From Lepidodermella squamata (lineage: Eukaryota; Animalia; Gastrotricha), in assembly GCA_047495785.1 (NCBI GenBank), contig JBLDXI010000007.1, positions 2,542,001 to 2,606,000 on the forward strand: DNA of 64,000 nucleotides, given 5' to 3'. Under the pieces are notes generated by a model. It did no database searches. It was not told where the DNA came from and saw only the letters and a program-made list of their open reading frames with translations. Every line of letters begins with the position of its first letter. The stretch's first letter is position 1. The position numbers and the translations under genes were made by a program. Of the stretch, positions 36,881 through 50,700 are shown piece after piece.

Positions 36881-37449
36881 TAGTTTTTTCCAGACGTTAC
36901 TTCGATTTTGGTTGTTACATTGTAACATGTGTAAACATGCTTAAAAACACTGATTTAATTGTAAAGGTAAATATTTTCTGCAGGAACATTACGCAGTGAA
37001 ATTCGCAAAAAGTCCTACGATAAACGGCAAACTAATCAAAATGAGAACTTTTATCTATCTATTAACCGTTAATTGGCGGTTGTCAAGAACAAACACGGAC
37101 AAGGGACTTTTCTGTTGTTAATTACCAAAATAAATACTTTGCATTATTGTCGCTGCGCTAATTTTGTGACAATTTTTGTGGGAACCGGCATCATCATTTC
37201 GCATTTTCTTAATAATTCTTCATATGTCGCTGCAAAGTTTTAACTCATTTTTTTTCAGAAATTTTAATAACGTCAAACTTTAGTAAGATGTTACAAGTCA
37301 GGAATATTGTTTACCGTTATAAAGTATAAGGCTTGAGCTCCAATTCCAGGTAAGAATGATATGAAATAAAACACCTCTGGAACTTTTCTTATTACAACAA
37401 GCCTCCTCTAAAATCATCACTTTTATTAAAAAATCTTTTAATTTTTCCG

Positions 37450-40400
37450 CTAAATGTTGAACTTTGGCCTGGCAGGCAGCATTTGAGCGCCACTCATTCG
37501 AGGATTGCTCATGAGAAAATTGTGATCTTTCGATATATTTATGAACCTCCCGCCACTACTTTCCGTCAATCTCCGAGATGGCGGTGCCGGTATCGATGAG
37601 CCAATTCCAGAAGATTCCCTTGATAATTGATCAATCCTAGGAACTGTCAAAGAGTTGGTTTGCTGCCTCTGAGGCGGCGTCCATTTCCTGAGCTTCTCCG
37701 ACACGATTCCTACACCACGAGGCGCCAATTTTGCCTCGCTTTTCCGCGTGTAATTCGACTTGTCGTAACTCCTCGACCGCAACCTAGCCGCATCTCGTTC
37801 GTACAGCTCCCGGCTTCGCTTTTTCACCTCATCCCTAACCTCAGCTATCACCTCTTCACTCGGCGTCTCGAGAGACGATGTCGTCGATTTCTGGGTCAAA
37901 ATAACCGGCGGAACTTCCTGCCGTTCGATGGTCATCGGCAGGCCAGTCGGCTTTTTCCCGCCATTGGCGATCAACGCGAATTCCCTCAAACTGCTCCAAC
38001 CATGCGGCCGAACAGATGATCGTTTCGATTTGGCCTGGTAATACGTGTACTGAGAGCTGTGAATTGTCGGAGGCTTATTGACCTCCTTTTTCACGACAGT
38101 AACCGGCTCGTAGACGTAGTAGTAAGTTTTTTCAGTTTTCGCCTTCTCAGAGGGAACCGATTCAAAATCATCATCGCCGTCCTTTCTAATTTTAGCAGCA
38201 ACCTGAATCCTAGATTCAGAAGGTCCAATGAATGATAGGAAGGCTGGGATGAAAATCATGGCGTGAAGAATTGATAGGACGACTGATAGGAACATGACTC
38301 GGAAGAATGTGATGAAAATATAGGCATCACTGGTACTCATTGAAATTACTGATAGAGTGGTCCCAACACAGGCTGGAATAGCAGCTCCTATCACCTCGCG
38401 AACTACGGCTCTAGCCTTTTCAAGACGAGCCTTTTTGCCAGTCATCGGGGTTCCGTCTTCGTTATCAGCTGGGCTGATCATGAAAATGTAGATAGGGTGA
38501 GCAATAAGATCCGAGCAGAAACTGATGGCGATGAGGAGGTTGATTAAGGACACTGAGTCCAAATCCATGTCCCACAGCCGCATTAGGCCGATAATTCCGG
38601 CGAGGACTGAGGTGACGAAAATAGCGACCCAGAACAAGCAGGTAGGATGAGGAATCATCAACAGAGCAACTCCAATTGTAACAGCCAAAGTGATTCCCTA
38701 GTATTTGAAAAATTTCAATATATTTCTTTCAAAAATTTCAATTAAAAAATGGAAAATAAAAAAAATAATTTAAATAAAAATCTTTGAAAAATTGGTTATT
38801 AGTCGTATTCCTATATTCCTAATCATAATAAAATTTGAAAATTGATAATTCCGAAATTATTTATTCATTTTTTGTTTCAAATTTTGCAATTTTTGAAAAT
38901 TTGCATTTTCATCGAATTCATTAAATTATTTTTGAATTTTTCCAATTTCGATTAAATTAATTTTTCTCGCTTACACTGTAGTAAAGAGTTGTCGGTACTG
39001 CTGATAAAAACTGATCATAGAGCTGAAACTCGTCCATATAGGCGTACATCTCAATTTCATCCTGGTACAACGCCAGAACTTTTCGTATCGCCTGCATCAT
39101 CGCCATTTGCCTGGCCGGCCCTGTCATGGCCTTGGCGCGAAATTTAAACCTCGACATAGTTATCTGTTTCCCATCCACCGTCATGCGAATCGACGAGCCG
39201 TACTTATCTCTAGATCCGTACAGGTAAAAATTGCTGTCTGTACTACTGAAAAAGCCATTTTCGCGCCGGATTTCGTATAGGAGGTCAGTGTTATTCTTCA
39301 GTTTGGTCAAGTCGACCCCAGATTTTTCGGCCCAGCTGTAGAAATCCCCGAGCCAAAATGACGTGCCGTAGCCAGCCCAAAAATAGCCCGAGTCTTCGAC
39401 TTTTTTCGCAACGTCGTACAATTGCCGCTTGATTTTAGGCGAGGTGTAATCTATTTCCTCGGCTATAGTCACTCGGACCTCTTTACCATACCTGGAAAAA
39501 ATAAATAAGAATTGAAATAAGTTTAATTAAAAAGTATAATTCGAATTATCAAAAGTTAGGGTTCCCACGATTAATCCGAGGTTCCGGCGCTAAATCATTA
39601 TCAATTTTTGCTAAATTTAGGATTAAGGCAATTCAAAGAATTGAAATAACAATTTTTGAAATTTTAAAATTCAAAGTTGAAGCCGAAATTTTTGAATTTT
39701 TGAAAATTGAAAATTGAAATTGAATTTTAAAATTAAATTCTGAAATTTTGAATTTTAGGAAGAGTGATTCGCCCAGCTTAAGTTCCAGAAAAATGGAGAT
39801 TCTAGGATATATACATATTTTTTCAAATGTATAGAAAATATAAAAATATTGCTCGGTAGCCTAACAAATTGCTCACCCCGTGAAAAGCAATCGCTGTTGT
39901 TGGAAGTAGGCGTAAATGTTAGATCTCGCCGGGTAAATTCTCTCAGCTTTCAGCCCAACGCTCATCTCAGTTATCGACCAGCAAGAAACACCAACGTAAA
40001 CCGCGAATAGCACCATAGCACAGATTCGAAACGGCAGTGAAACAATTAAATTGATGAGAAATTTCGCAATAACACTATCCTCCTCTTCTTCAGGCTGCAA
40101 TTGTTTAGCAGCCTCAGGCTTTTTCTCATCCAAAAGAGGCTCGAAAAATCCTCCGCCAGCACAACATGTCACATAACATGCGTTAGATTTCCTCAAAGTT
40201 TCACCCCGGCTTTTGACTGTAGCGCAGCAACAGCAAGAATGGCGGTTTTTCTCCTCCAGCCTTCCGATCAGAACCAGGCAAGGCGCGAAAATTGTTAATT
40301 GGAAGAAAAAGTCCAAAACCATAGTTGCGATTGCGTATTCCGACAAATTTTGAATGATAGGAAACGGCGTGTAATTTCCTATGACAAAATCTAATAAATT

Positions 40401-41816
40401 GATGAAAAAAGTCACGACAATCGATGTCCCGCCAACATTCATCGCCAACATCATTCGCTCTTCGATAGGTAAGGACGGGTCGGTATGGGACCAGGCCTCT
40501 AGTAGGATGAACATATCATCCAACCCAATAGCCAGGGTGAGTAGAGGAACAGCGAGTAGAATAAGTTTAAACGGCTCATCTAGCCAGTTTTGAATTCCGA
40601 AACCTGCAGCACATGCAATGAATGTTGAAAAAATTCCGATGACCCCTAGCCAAGGTTTTGACCTAACTGCATCGCCCATCAAAGCTCCGACAGCGCACCA
40701 GGCCATAAGAGCGACAAAGGTGAGGAGCAATTTCGGCACCATGTTGATAGCAAGAGAGTTCTGAGTGCCCTGTTTCTGCGCATCACTCATCCAATACACG
40801 GTGAAGTAAGGATTTCCTTTGTATTTAGTCATAGTCTCAGCAAATTTCCTCTCCCATCGATCCCAGACTTTGATAGCCATCATGAAGTAGTCGCTGTAGT
40901 ACTCGTTGATGCAATACACCTGCCGCATAGCTCCGATTGATTTGACATTCGAATTAGGCCGGCCGTCGACGGTTTCAACCTGCCCGAAGAACATGCTCAT
41001 GTCGTAGCCGTTGTACTGCGGCCAGGTTAGGCCGATGCCGGGCAGGCGGGAGAAGACCAAGTTCAGCGGGTCAATGTTCGCGTTTTGAGAGTCCCGGAAT
41101 AGGTACCGCATGACTTTGAGGTTAAACCCGCCGCACTCTCCAGTTCGCTGCTTCGTGCAAACCCCGCTTCCGGGTACGTCCTTATCTTCATATGAAAACG
41201 AGCCGGAGATTCCTGTTGTAGTTTGAACCTCGACTGTAATGCCGAAAATGAGGTTCTCAAACGCTTCAATCTCCTTAAGCATTGACTTTTCGAATAGGTT
41301 GTATGGCTTCTTATTCGGGTCGGATGTGTTGGTTTTCGCGACAAGGAGTAAGGTACTAACCCTGCAGGATTGCTCAGTCATACCATCCGGCCCGACCAAA
41401 GCCTCCCTTTTCCGCCGCCTTTCCGGATTAGTCGTTGGCTTAGGGTTAGTCCTTGGGGGTCTTACTGTAGGCGGTAGAGACGGCGGGAAGGGAGAGACGT
41501 AAACAGTCGGGTGGCTCCTATCTGAGATTTCAAACTCGAAATCCTTAATCCTCTCCGTTTTCGATGGGCTGTCAGTAGGCAGGAAGTCCTCAGTTTTCAT
41601 TTCGGTGATAGTCAGCCGGGAGAGGCCTGCGACCATTACAGCAGCAAGTCCCAGCGTTAGGCACATAATTTGGACAGGAAACTTCCCGATGAGAAGACCA
41701 TACCATGACATGAGATACGCCAGGGTGTTAGGGCAGATCATCCAGTCGACGCGGGGGAAGACAGGGCGAAGTCGTACCGCCCTTCGTCGGTACTTGAGCG
41801 GAGTTTCCGACTTCAT
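37450..41816 (-). CDS. Patched-related protein C; exons 41816-39877, 39491-38975, 38697-37450
   Basis: SSD motif AIGLDDMFI, second TM block and a long disordered C-tail; in-frame GT-AG junctions. Confidence 0.9.
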
Positions 41817-42004
41817 AAATAACAGCTTAATATCTTAGTCATGAAGCTTAAGCACTGCTATGTATGCATGTAATGACGTGCAGTCGTGTACGCGCACTAA
41901 ACGTAGGTGTAACTAAGTATATACCAAATGTCAACTCCAAAACACGAGACGCATCTTCATTAGTCAAACATAAATCTTTATTGAAAAAAACTAGATGGAA
42001 AGAT

Positions 42005-45000
42005 TCACACGTTGAACCGTTGTCTTGCGGGTAGCATCAATTCGCCGATTCTAGGAACGTTGAGTAAGGCTGATGTTTTATTCGAAGAGCCGGAAGTCGG
42101 CATGTTTCCGGTCGTTGACATTCCTATCCCGGATGAAGAAAGAGATCGGGAACGTAGCGGCTTTTTAGACACCCTGGGGGTCGGGGCGGCTGGTCGAGGT
42201 GGTAACGGTGGTGGTATCGGTTTCAAAGCGGTTGGGGGAGGGGCCCAACTCCTGACCTTCTCCGTGAACATCCCGCCAGAATCTCGAGGGATGAATTTCA
42301 ACTTGTTTTCGATACTTCTTGACCTTTCCTGACTCGCAGATCTCATTCGACGTTGCACTTGTTGTTCCAGCCTTTGAATCTCTATGCTGCGTTTCCTTAC
42401 CTCAGCTTGAACCTTTCGCACTTGATCTTTGCTCGGGTAAGTTTGACGGGTTATAGTCGGAGGTAGGCGGCCGTTCCTTTCGTAGGTTAATCCGGCCAAA
42501 TCCCTTAAGCGACCTCCTCTTCGATGTACGAAGGATCGAGTAGACTCCTCATCGTCCTTTACCCGGCGCCTTGTAACAACATTTTCGTTCCGGATAGGAG
42601 CAGGAGGGGTGATTTTGGGTGCTGGTTGCTCAGGAACCGGAAGGCTTTCAACCACAGACTCAACTTCTGTTGCAGTAGATTCGGCCTTATTGCCAGTCTT
42701 AATCGCAATTTGAATACGGGAATCCGATGGTCCGATGAATGAAAGGAAGGCCGGGACGAAAATCAAAGCATGAAGAATTGACAGGACGCAGGCTAGGAAG
42801 AGGATTCGGAAGAATGTGATGAAGATGTAAGCGTCACTTGTGCTCATCGCAACAACTGATAAAGTTGTTCCAACACAAGCTGGAATCGCGGAGCCGAGTA
42901 CCTCCCTAACTACGGCTCTAGCCTTTTCGAGACGAGCCTTCTTACCAGTCATCGGGGTTCCGTCTTCGTTATCAGCTGGGCTGATCATGAAGATGTAGAT
43001 AGGATGAGCAATAAGATCAGAGCAGAAGCTGATCGCGATGAGGAGGTTGATTAAGGAGACTGAGTCCAAATCAATGTCCCATAGCCTCATTTGACCGATG
43101 ATTCCTGTTAGAACTGATGTGACGAAAACTGCGACCCAGAAGAGGCAAGCAGGATGCGGAATCATAATGACTGCAACCAGAACAGTTACACCCAAAGTGA
43201 TGCCCTGTAAAAGTAGAAAAGAAAATTTGTAATTGCAATAGTCGAGTCCGAGTATGCAAAGTTAATACTTACGCAGTAATAGAGGGTAGTCGGAACTGCT
43301 GTGAGGAATTGATCGTAGAGTGGGAAATCATCCATGAAAGCATAGGCCTCGAAGTCATCAGCATAAATGTCTAAAATCTTTCGAATGGTCTGCATCATCG
43401 CAATTTGCCGACGCGGCCCCGTCATGTCCTTCGCCCTGAACTTGAATTTCGTCTTCAAGATACGGATACCATCCTGGCTCATCCTTATCATTCGGCCATA
43501 CTTATCTGAAGCTCCGTAAAGTTCGTATTTATCATTAGAGGCCGAGTAGAATCCTCCAGGCCATCTTCTGACTTGATACAAAATATCAGCATTATTGCGG
43601 AGAGATGTGATGTTTACTCCATCTCGCTTTGCCCAATTGAAAAATTCCCGTGGCCAGAATAGCGATTCTTCAGCGGCCCAGAAGTAGCCGGAATTTTCAA
43701 TTTTATCAGCCATATCGAATAATTTCCGTTGAATAACAGGATTTGCGTAATTTATGTCAGACGTGATCACTACTGATACTTCCTTTCCGTATCCAGTGAA
43801 CAGTATTCGATGCTGCTGGACGTAGGCATAGATATTAGACCGAGCCCGGTAAACTCGCTCAGCTTTCAGCCCCAGCTCCATCTGAGTAATCGACCAAACT
43901 GACGCCGCGAGGTAGCCAGCGAATAGACCGATTGCGATAATTCTGAATGGCAAAGACGTGATTCCTTTGAGTAGAAGTTGAGCAACCTTGCTATCCTCTT
44001 CTTCATTTTCGATAGCCGTGGCTGAGCCCACAAGGCTAGTTTTATCATCGAATTCACTTGAAAAACCACCTCCAGCACAGCAGACCAAGAAACAACCGCC
44101 TGATTTTTTACTCCTCTGCTCTCGAGTTGGTACCGTCGCGCAACAGCAGCAAGAATGAGCGTTTTTCTCCTCAATCTTGCCGAATAGGACTAAACATGGA
44201 GCGAAGACCGTTAATTGAAAGAAAAAGTCTAAAACCATGGTTGCAATGGCATAACTTGACAATAGCTGAATTACTGGAAACGGGGTGTAGTTTCCAATAA
44301 CGAAATCTAACAGATTTATCAGAAAGGTAACGACAATTGAAGTACCACCGGTGTTCATTGCTAGCATCATCCTTTCCTCGACGGGGAGTTTCGGGTTAGT
44401 ACAAGACCAAGCTTCCAGCAGAATGAACATATCATCCAACCCGATCGCTAGGGTGAGGAGAGGTACCGCGATTAGGATGATTTGAAACTTCGGATCCATC
44501 CAGAGTTGAATACCAAAACCTGCCGCACAGGCTATAAGGGTGGAAAACACTCCGATAACCCCTGTCCAAGGTTTGGACCGAACAGCATCTCCCATCAAAG
44601 CTCCAACCGCGCACCAGAACATAAGGGCGGCGAATGTTGCTCCTAATTTGGGGGCCATGTCGATAGCTAGAGTATTTTGCTCCGCTTGTTTCTGGGCGTC
44701 ACTTAGCCAGTAAACATTAAAGTAAGGATTTCCTTTGTATTTACGCAGAGTTTCGTCGAATTTGTTCTCCCAACGCGTCCAAACTTCAATGGCTCGCATG
44801 AAGTAGTCGTAGTAGTACTCGTTAACACAAAATACCTCCCTCATCGCCCCGATCCTCGTGACTTGGTTATTCGGCTTATTGTCAACCGTCTCAACTTGTC
44901 CGAAGAATTGGCTCAAATCATACGTGAAATAGTAGGGCCACGTTAGACTCCCAGGAAGTTTCGAGAAAACTAGATTCAAAGGATCCCGGCCATCGGGTTG

Positions 45001-45822
45001 TCGGAATAAACTTCGCATGACCCGCAGGGTGAATCCACCACATTCGCCGTTTGGGTGTTTCGTGCAAACCCCCGACCCAGGTACGTCCATGTCTTCATAG
45101 TGAAACCGGCCAGTCATTCCACTCGTAGTCTTCACCTCAACAGTGATGTTGTAAATGATGTTCTCTAGAGTTTCGATCTCTTTTAGCATAGCCTTTTCAA
45201 ACAAGTTGTAAGGACGTTTTAGCGGGTCGGAGTTGTTAATTTTTGCGACGATCAACATCGCACTGACTCGGCAGTTTTGGTTGACGCCATCCGGCCCAGA
45301 TAAGCCTTGCCTCTTCTTTCGAACTTTGAAAGTCGGGACGAGGTCGTTCAACGGGGTTTTACCTTGTGGAATGACTGCCCCGGAGACATCTTCCGGCGTT
45401 GTAGTTCTCGGCCCTCGAAGGGGCGGAGCATCCGTTGCGTCGACTCTCAACATGCTAGGGTAGTCACTCGGGTCGCTTTTCTCGCTGAAATCGAACATGA
45501 TAGATTGAGACCGCTCTTCGATAGATCTACTGTCTGTTTGCAAGAAGTCCTCAGTTTTCAGTTCGACAATGGTAATTCGGGATAGCCCAGCTGCGAACAT
45601 AGCACCCATTCCAAGGGTGACGCACATGACTTGAACCGGGAATTTTCCGATGAGGAGACCGTACCAGGACATGCAGTAGGCCAGCGTGTTTGGACATATC
45701 ATCCAGTCGAAGCGTGGGAAAATCGGGCGTAGTCTTGACCGCCTTCGCTGGTATTTTTGAGGTATCTCCGTGGGACTGGGTTCATCACTTGTTGCTGCAA
45801 TATTGCCATTTCGAGAGACCAT
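42005..45822 (-). CDS. Patched-related protein D; exons 45822-43273 and 43204-42005
   Basis: As PTR-C, with a 68-nt phase-0 intron and a Pro-rich C-tail. Confidence 0.9.
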
Positions 45823-46942
45823 TTCGTAAAATTCTATTGACTAAAAATGCGAAATTTAACTAGGTCTAAAAAAACGTAAAAAATTGTGAATTGCTTTGCA
45901 TGGTTTGCTTAGCCTTGATGACCCGAGTTACCCATTACAGCCCTGGTCTGAATAAACATAATAGTTATCACGATATCCAGTTGTTTTTCACTAGTAACTG
46001 CACACTATCATAGACAGTCTCAGGCGGGAAGAAATTTCAAGTTTATTTGTAAAAATTAGGTACCATGACATGTGTCGTGATGAATATATCCATGTTGCTT
46101 CGTGCAATATTTTTACAGCATATTTCTTTTATTATTATTATTTTAAGCCTTCAACTTTTTTTTGCGCCAGCTTACAAATCCCGTCACTACGTGGGATTTA
46201 TGCGCAGCCAGTGACAATCGTCGTCGGTCGCACAGGTTGAATGAATGTAAAAACAACAGACGCGCGCTTATAGTAATACGTCTGTGCTTTTTTTGTTACA
46301 CGCGTATTGTAACAAAAGCGCGTGAATCATGTTGCTTTCTCATCATCGTGAGCCAATTACATGTGTACATTTTCATTTATTAGTTGTGTTCTCGAGTTAA
46401 GGCGCCGGAGCAGTGTGAAAATTTGCACGTTACAACACTGCGTGGGTTGTTTGCCTAGCCACGCCACAAATTCATCACACCGAATTTTGCAGATTGAGGT
46501 TTCACTTTTTGAGCTCAAGATAAGACAGATTTGAACCTAAAAACCTGTGGCATTGATTTAATTTATGACCCTTGGGTAGTCTGCACTGACGACGATTCCA
46601 AGGCACCACCACAGTTTGATAGACATGAAAAAGGTGTAAGTAGCCAATCAATAAATGAGCAGCATACAAGCCTGTGTGACGAGGCATCCCCCAGTAATTC
46701 GAAGTTCCAAGCACGCACAGGTGTGCGAGTATCAGAGGGGATGGGAAGATAATCTCTGTAGCTCGGTCAGAGCAGAAAGGAGAATGAAAATTCTGCACGC
46801 TGCTTCTTGAAGATCAGAGGTTTTTGAGCATGATTTAGAGGAGAATTTGCGGAATTTTCACGATCGCATTTTCCGTCATAATTGCATGTACGAATTTAAT
46901 TAAAATAATATAATTTAAAATTGGAAAGCGGTCGATCCGAGT

Positions 46943-47311
46943 TGGTGCCGTGTTGGTAAACCGCCAACCCGCTGGACCGATAGCTTGAAAAGAAGCCTTC
47001 TTAAAATTGGTTTGTTCGAAATTCATGTGAAATATATTAAAATCCCAAACGAGCCAGTTAGACGCGGGAGACCTCGTAAGCCGACCCTGTTAATGCTACG
47101 CACTGAAATTCACAAAATTGCGGATCTAGAATTACCGGAAATAACTGCCAGAGATCAGGATGAATGGCAACTAGAGTGTAATAGCATCGAAAATTATGAA
47201 TTTTTGGGCAAAAGCAGGATGTTCGCGACCGATCTGTCGGCCCCTGAAGCCGATCGCTTGTCGTCAGCCGTCCCCTTTACCCTCACGGGTAAGGCTTTTT
47301 CTATCCTTTAA
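46943..47311 (+). mobile_element. Possible degraded LTR-retrotransposon 5' remnant (PBS and gag-like fragment)
   Basis: TGGTGCCGTG (46943-46952) matches the complement of a tRNA-His 3' end. A downstream short ORF contains RRGRPRK and gag-like LSSAVPFTLTGKAF. No LTR pair was seen. Confidence 0.3.
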
Positions 47312-47633
47312 CATTACATAGCCATGCCTTAAGGAGGACGCAAAATAAACAAATTCATTTTGATCATTTTGGTCAATATAATTAAAAAAATCCAGGCAGC
47401 TCCAAGATCCATGATCGTACCCCGATCGAATGTCGAATGTCGAAGTGACAGGCCTATGCCGCCGGGGTCCAAAATTCTTTGGTAGTTTCAAAGCGTCTGG
47501 GCGCGGCGTGTAAACCACGTGGATAGGTGGCAGACAGATCAATAATGTGTCAACCGACGATGTTGGGTTTCAGCATAACGATAGCTCGCATTATTTAAAT
47601 TTTCGCAAATAAATCTGGGGGATCGTAGAAACA

Positions 47634-50600
47634 ATGATAATTTCGTTGTTTGTCGTAACTCTAACTATCAGCAAATTTGCACTGAGTTCAGATGATACGT
47701 GGAAAACTGCAGATTTTCTGGTCAATGTTTTGCCCGTGAGTATATCGCCTTTTGTCGAAGCAAAAACCAATACAAGAGGCGACTGCATCATGATGTGTTA
47801 CAAAAACGACGCGCTCCAAGAATGCAATTCGTTCGCCTACAGCGAAGTTAAAAAATCCTGCAAATTGTACGCGCATCCCAGCACGAAGGTTATGCCCGTA
47901 CCAGGTAATGGCAGCTGGAAATCAGACACTGATAATGGGCATCAAGTATTTTACAAGGTATTTAAATTCGATTTCAATGTTTGCCTCAATTTAAGACCTT
48001 TTCCAGGGCAAATTTTGCCCAGCTGGCTGGTTTGCTGATTTGGACTCATCGCAGTGTTATTATGTCGATTCAACTCCCGTTAACCGTGATGGGGCTTGGT
48101 CTGTTTGTGAGAAACGTCACATGTCCCGTCTGGCTACCTTTGAAACGCCTGAGCAACGCGATAATCTGTACAAAATTCTTGACAGCAATTTTGCCGCCTC
48201 CAGTCCGCAATTCTTCTGGACAGGCTACAATCGTTTCACGAGGTACCACTGGTCTCGCCCGGTCGAAGAAATTCCTGGTTACGTCAAGGGCTATGGTTTC
48301 AACTCAGAAGCGGCTTTCATAAATAAAGCAGGCTTCTATCCTTATCAAAACGCCAAGGAACCCCAAATCTGCGCGAGGATTTGCTCTGGCAGCCTTAAGG
48401 ATAGATGCACTGGTTTCGTCTGGGGAGTCACAACTGGCCGATGTTGGTTCCAGCGGGCAACGCCCCGTTTCAATTTTGACACCAGAGGGATGATGACGAA
48501 TTGGACCTATTACAGAATAGGTGATACAAGCAACAGCTTTGATTGTATTGTTTTATTAATTATCGAATTTTGCTCAGCTGGCAGGCCAAAAATAACTATT
48601 TTTCCCCAAACTGCCTTCGCCGGCGGCGATATATTGGGGCTGTGGCCAGCGAATTCTTTCAGCATATGTAGGCAGTTTTGTCTCAAGTAAGGCCGCCTGT
48701 AAACAATCTAAACATCTCTGTGCCATTTTATTACCGAAACAGGTTTCCCAATTGCGTGGCGGCTGAGTTTGGTGAAGCAGAGCAAGTCTGTTATGCCAAG
48801 TTTCTCTCTGAAGTAAATGGCCCCACACCTGCCCGTGAAGTCTTGTTGATTAATGGTATGTGATTCAAAATAAGTAGTTGAGCCGAATAATTTTAGCGAA
48901 TTTAATTATTTCCCTAAGGTATTATTCCGAACAGCCCATGTTTCGACACTGTTCGCTACCGTGATGTATGCTTGCGCGGTCCTCTCACCCCATACGGAAA
49001 TTATATTGCAGCTCATGGCGTATGCCGTGATATCGGCGGCCGCTTACCAATGTGAAGTTCTACCCATTCTATGAACGTGTGCTTTCAATTGCGTATTTAC
49101 AGTCCCGAGGATGGTTACCGGAAGGGCGGAGCTTGGCACGCCATATTATTCAATGGCGGTGGTGTGACAGGTTGGTTTGACGCAATTTACAACGGAACGG
49201 CTTACGTAGCAAATGATGGTATTCCGATGAACGACACCGAATTTAAACAACCTCTTTTAAAAAAGTAATTAATTTTAAAATCTCAGCTATGCTGTTCAAT
49301 TTTCTGGCTTAGTAATCCGACTAATGTAACTGGCAACGTATGGACGTTCAAAGGTGACATTCATTGGTCCGATCAATACGGGGCCATGATCGTCTATACC
49401 GAGGCAGCGAAGACTGATAACCTAACCAATTTTTGCGAACATCGTGAGAAAATGATCGAATAATGAAAGAAAAATCATTCCCTATAATTTATACTCCAAA
49501 GCTACGTCGAATAACTGGCCGCTTAACTGCCGCTTCACTCCAGCTGGCAGGGAATACATGGGCTTCGCATCGGTGACGATCAATGGCAATACTTGCAAAA
49601 GCTGGGCAACAACTCCTTTCACTTCTAGCAACAGCCTCTTCGTAGACTACACGACTTCGCACAACTATTGTCGCAATCCTGATTCTTCGGTATTACCCGA
49701 GCCGTGGTGCTACGACGCGGTTACAAACGTCCCAACTTTATGCATGCCGCTTCCCATGTGCCGTAAGTTTCTATGAAAGTCATTATTGAATCCGAATTTT
49801 CTAGAATCTAATAGTCCTTATACGCGTTTGAAGGTTCCATTCCGCTTCCCCTAAAAGATAATAACTTAATTTAATAATGTATTCTCGCCACCAATTCAAT
49901 ACTGAATCGAATATTATAGAAGCCTCCGAAGTCAAGCATCGTTGTTCGCTTATCGGTGGACATACATCTTACTCTTTACTCATTACTATTTTCCTCCGCA
50001 ATTTCAACAGCTGAATCGGACTGGGACCCTTTGACTTCGAAACTAATGGAGGATTTGTTCATGAGGTACGCTGTCATGGCTCCGAACCCGGCAGTACAGG
50101 GTGACTACAACTGGCAGCCGTATAGTGAATGGTGGAATGCTCTGCCCGTTTGCAAGCTTCCAATGAATGAATGGTGCGAACTTTCGTTCCGATCAAGCTG
50201 TTACAAGCACTTTCCTCTGTATCAAACGTATGCCGAAGCTAAAGCCTCCTGCCAGGCGAATAACTGGCAGCTGATAGAGATAAATTCTCTCGCTGAGCAG
50301 TACTTCATTAATTCACACATCAATTCCATCGCAAGTAAGTTTTCACTACCAAACATCTGAACTTACCCAATGCCACATTATGAAAAATGTCGAGAAAATT
50401 CTCCATCGAGACAGAAGGAGAACTTTGAAAGCCTGATTCAAGATATTTATTTTTCTCAATCATATAGGGAAACGCCAGAGAGGATTTAATGAATACACAT
50501 GGATTGCGTTGTCGAATGCTAACGGTACCTGGGCTTGGGAATCAGGGACGCCTGTCACCTACACTAGTTGGCAAGGGGATGCTAACATCAATGCAAATAA

Positions 50601-50700
50601 CGCGCGGGCTTCGTTCAACTCATTGACGGGTGCTTGGTGGGTTTTGTCGCCGACGTCAAAAAGATGGTTCTTCTGTGAGCTCGATATGAACAAGTCCTGA
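47634..50700 (+). CDS. Secreted PAN/C-type lectin/kringle mosaic protein, copy 2 (multi-exon)
   Basis: Signal peptide, PAN (CIMMC...CNSFAY...CKLY), CTL start (CPAGW...CY), kringle (NYCRNPD) and terminal CTL (WFFCEL); intron positions shared with paralogs. Confidence 0.85.

Noticed and set aside
29090-45585. Antisense ORFs over the PTR genes
   Set aside because: They are shadow frames of conserved TM-coding regions.
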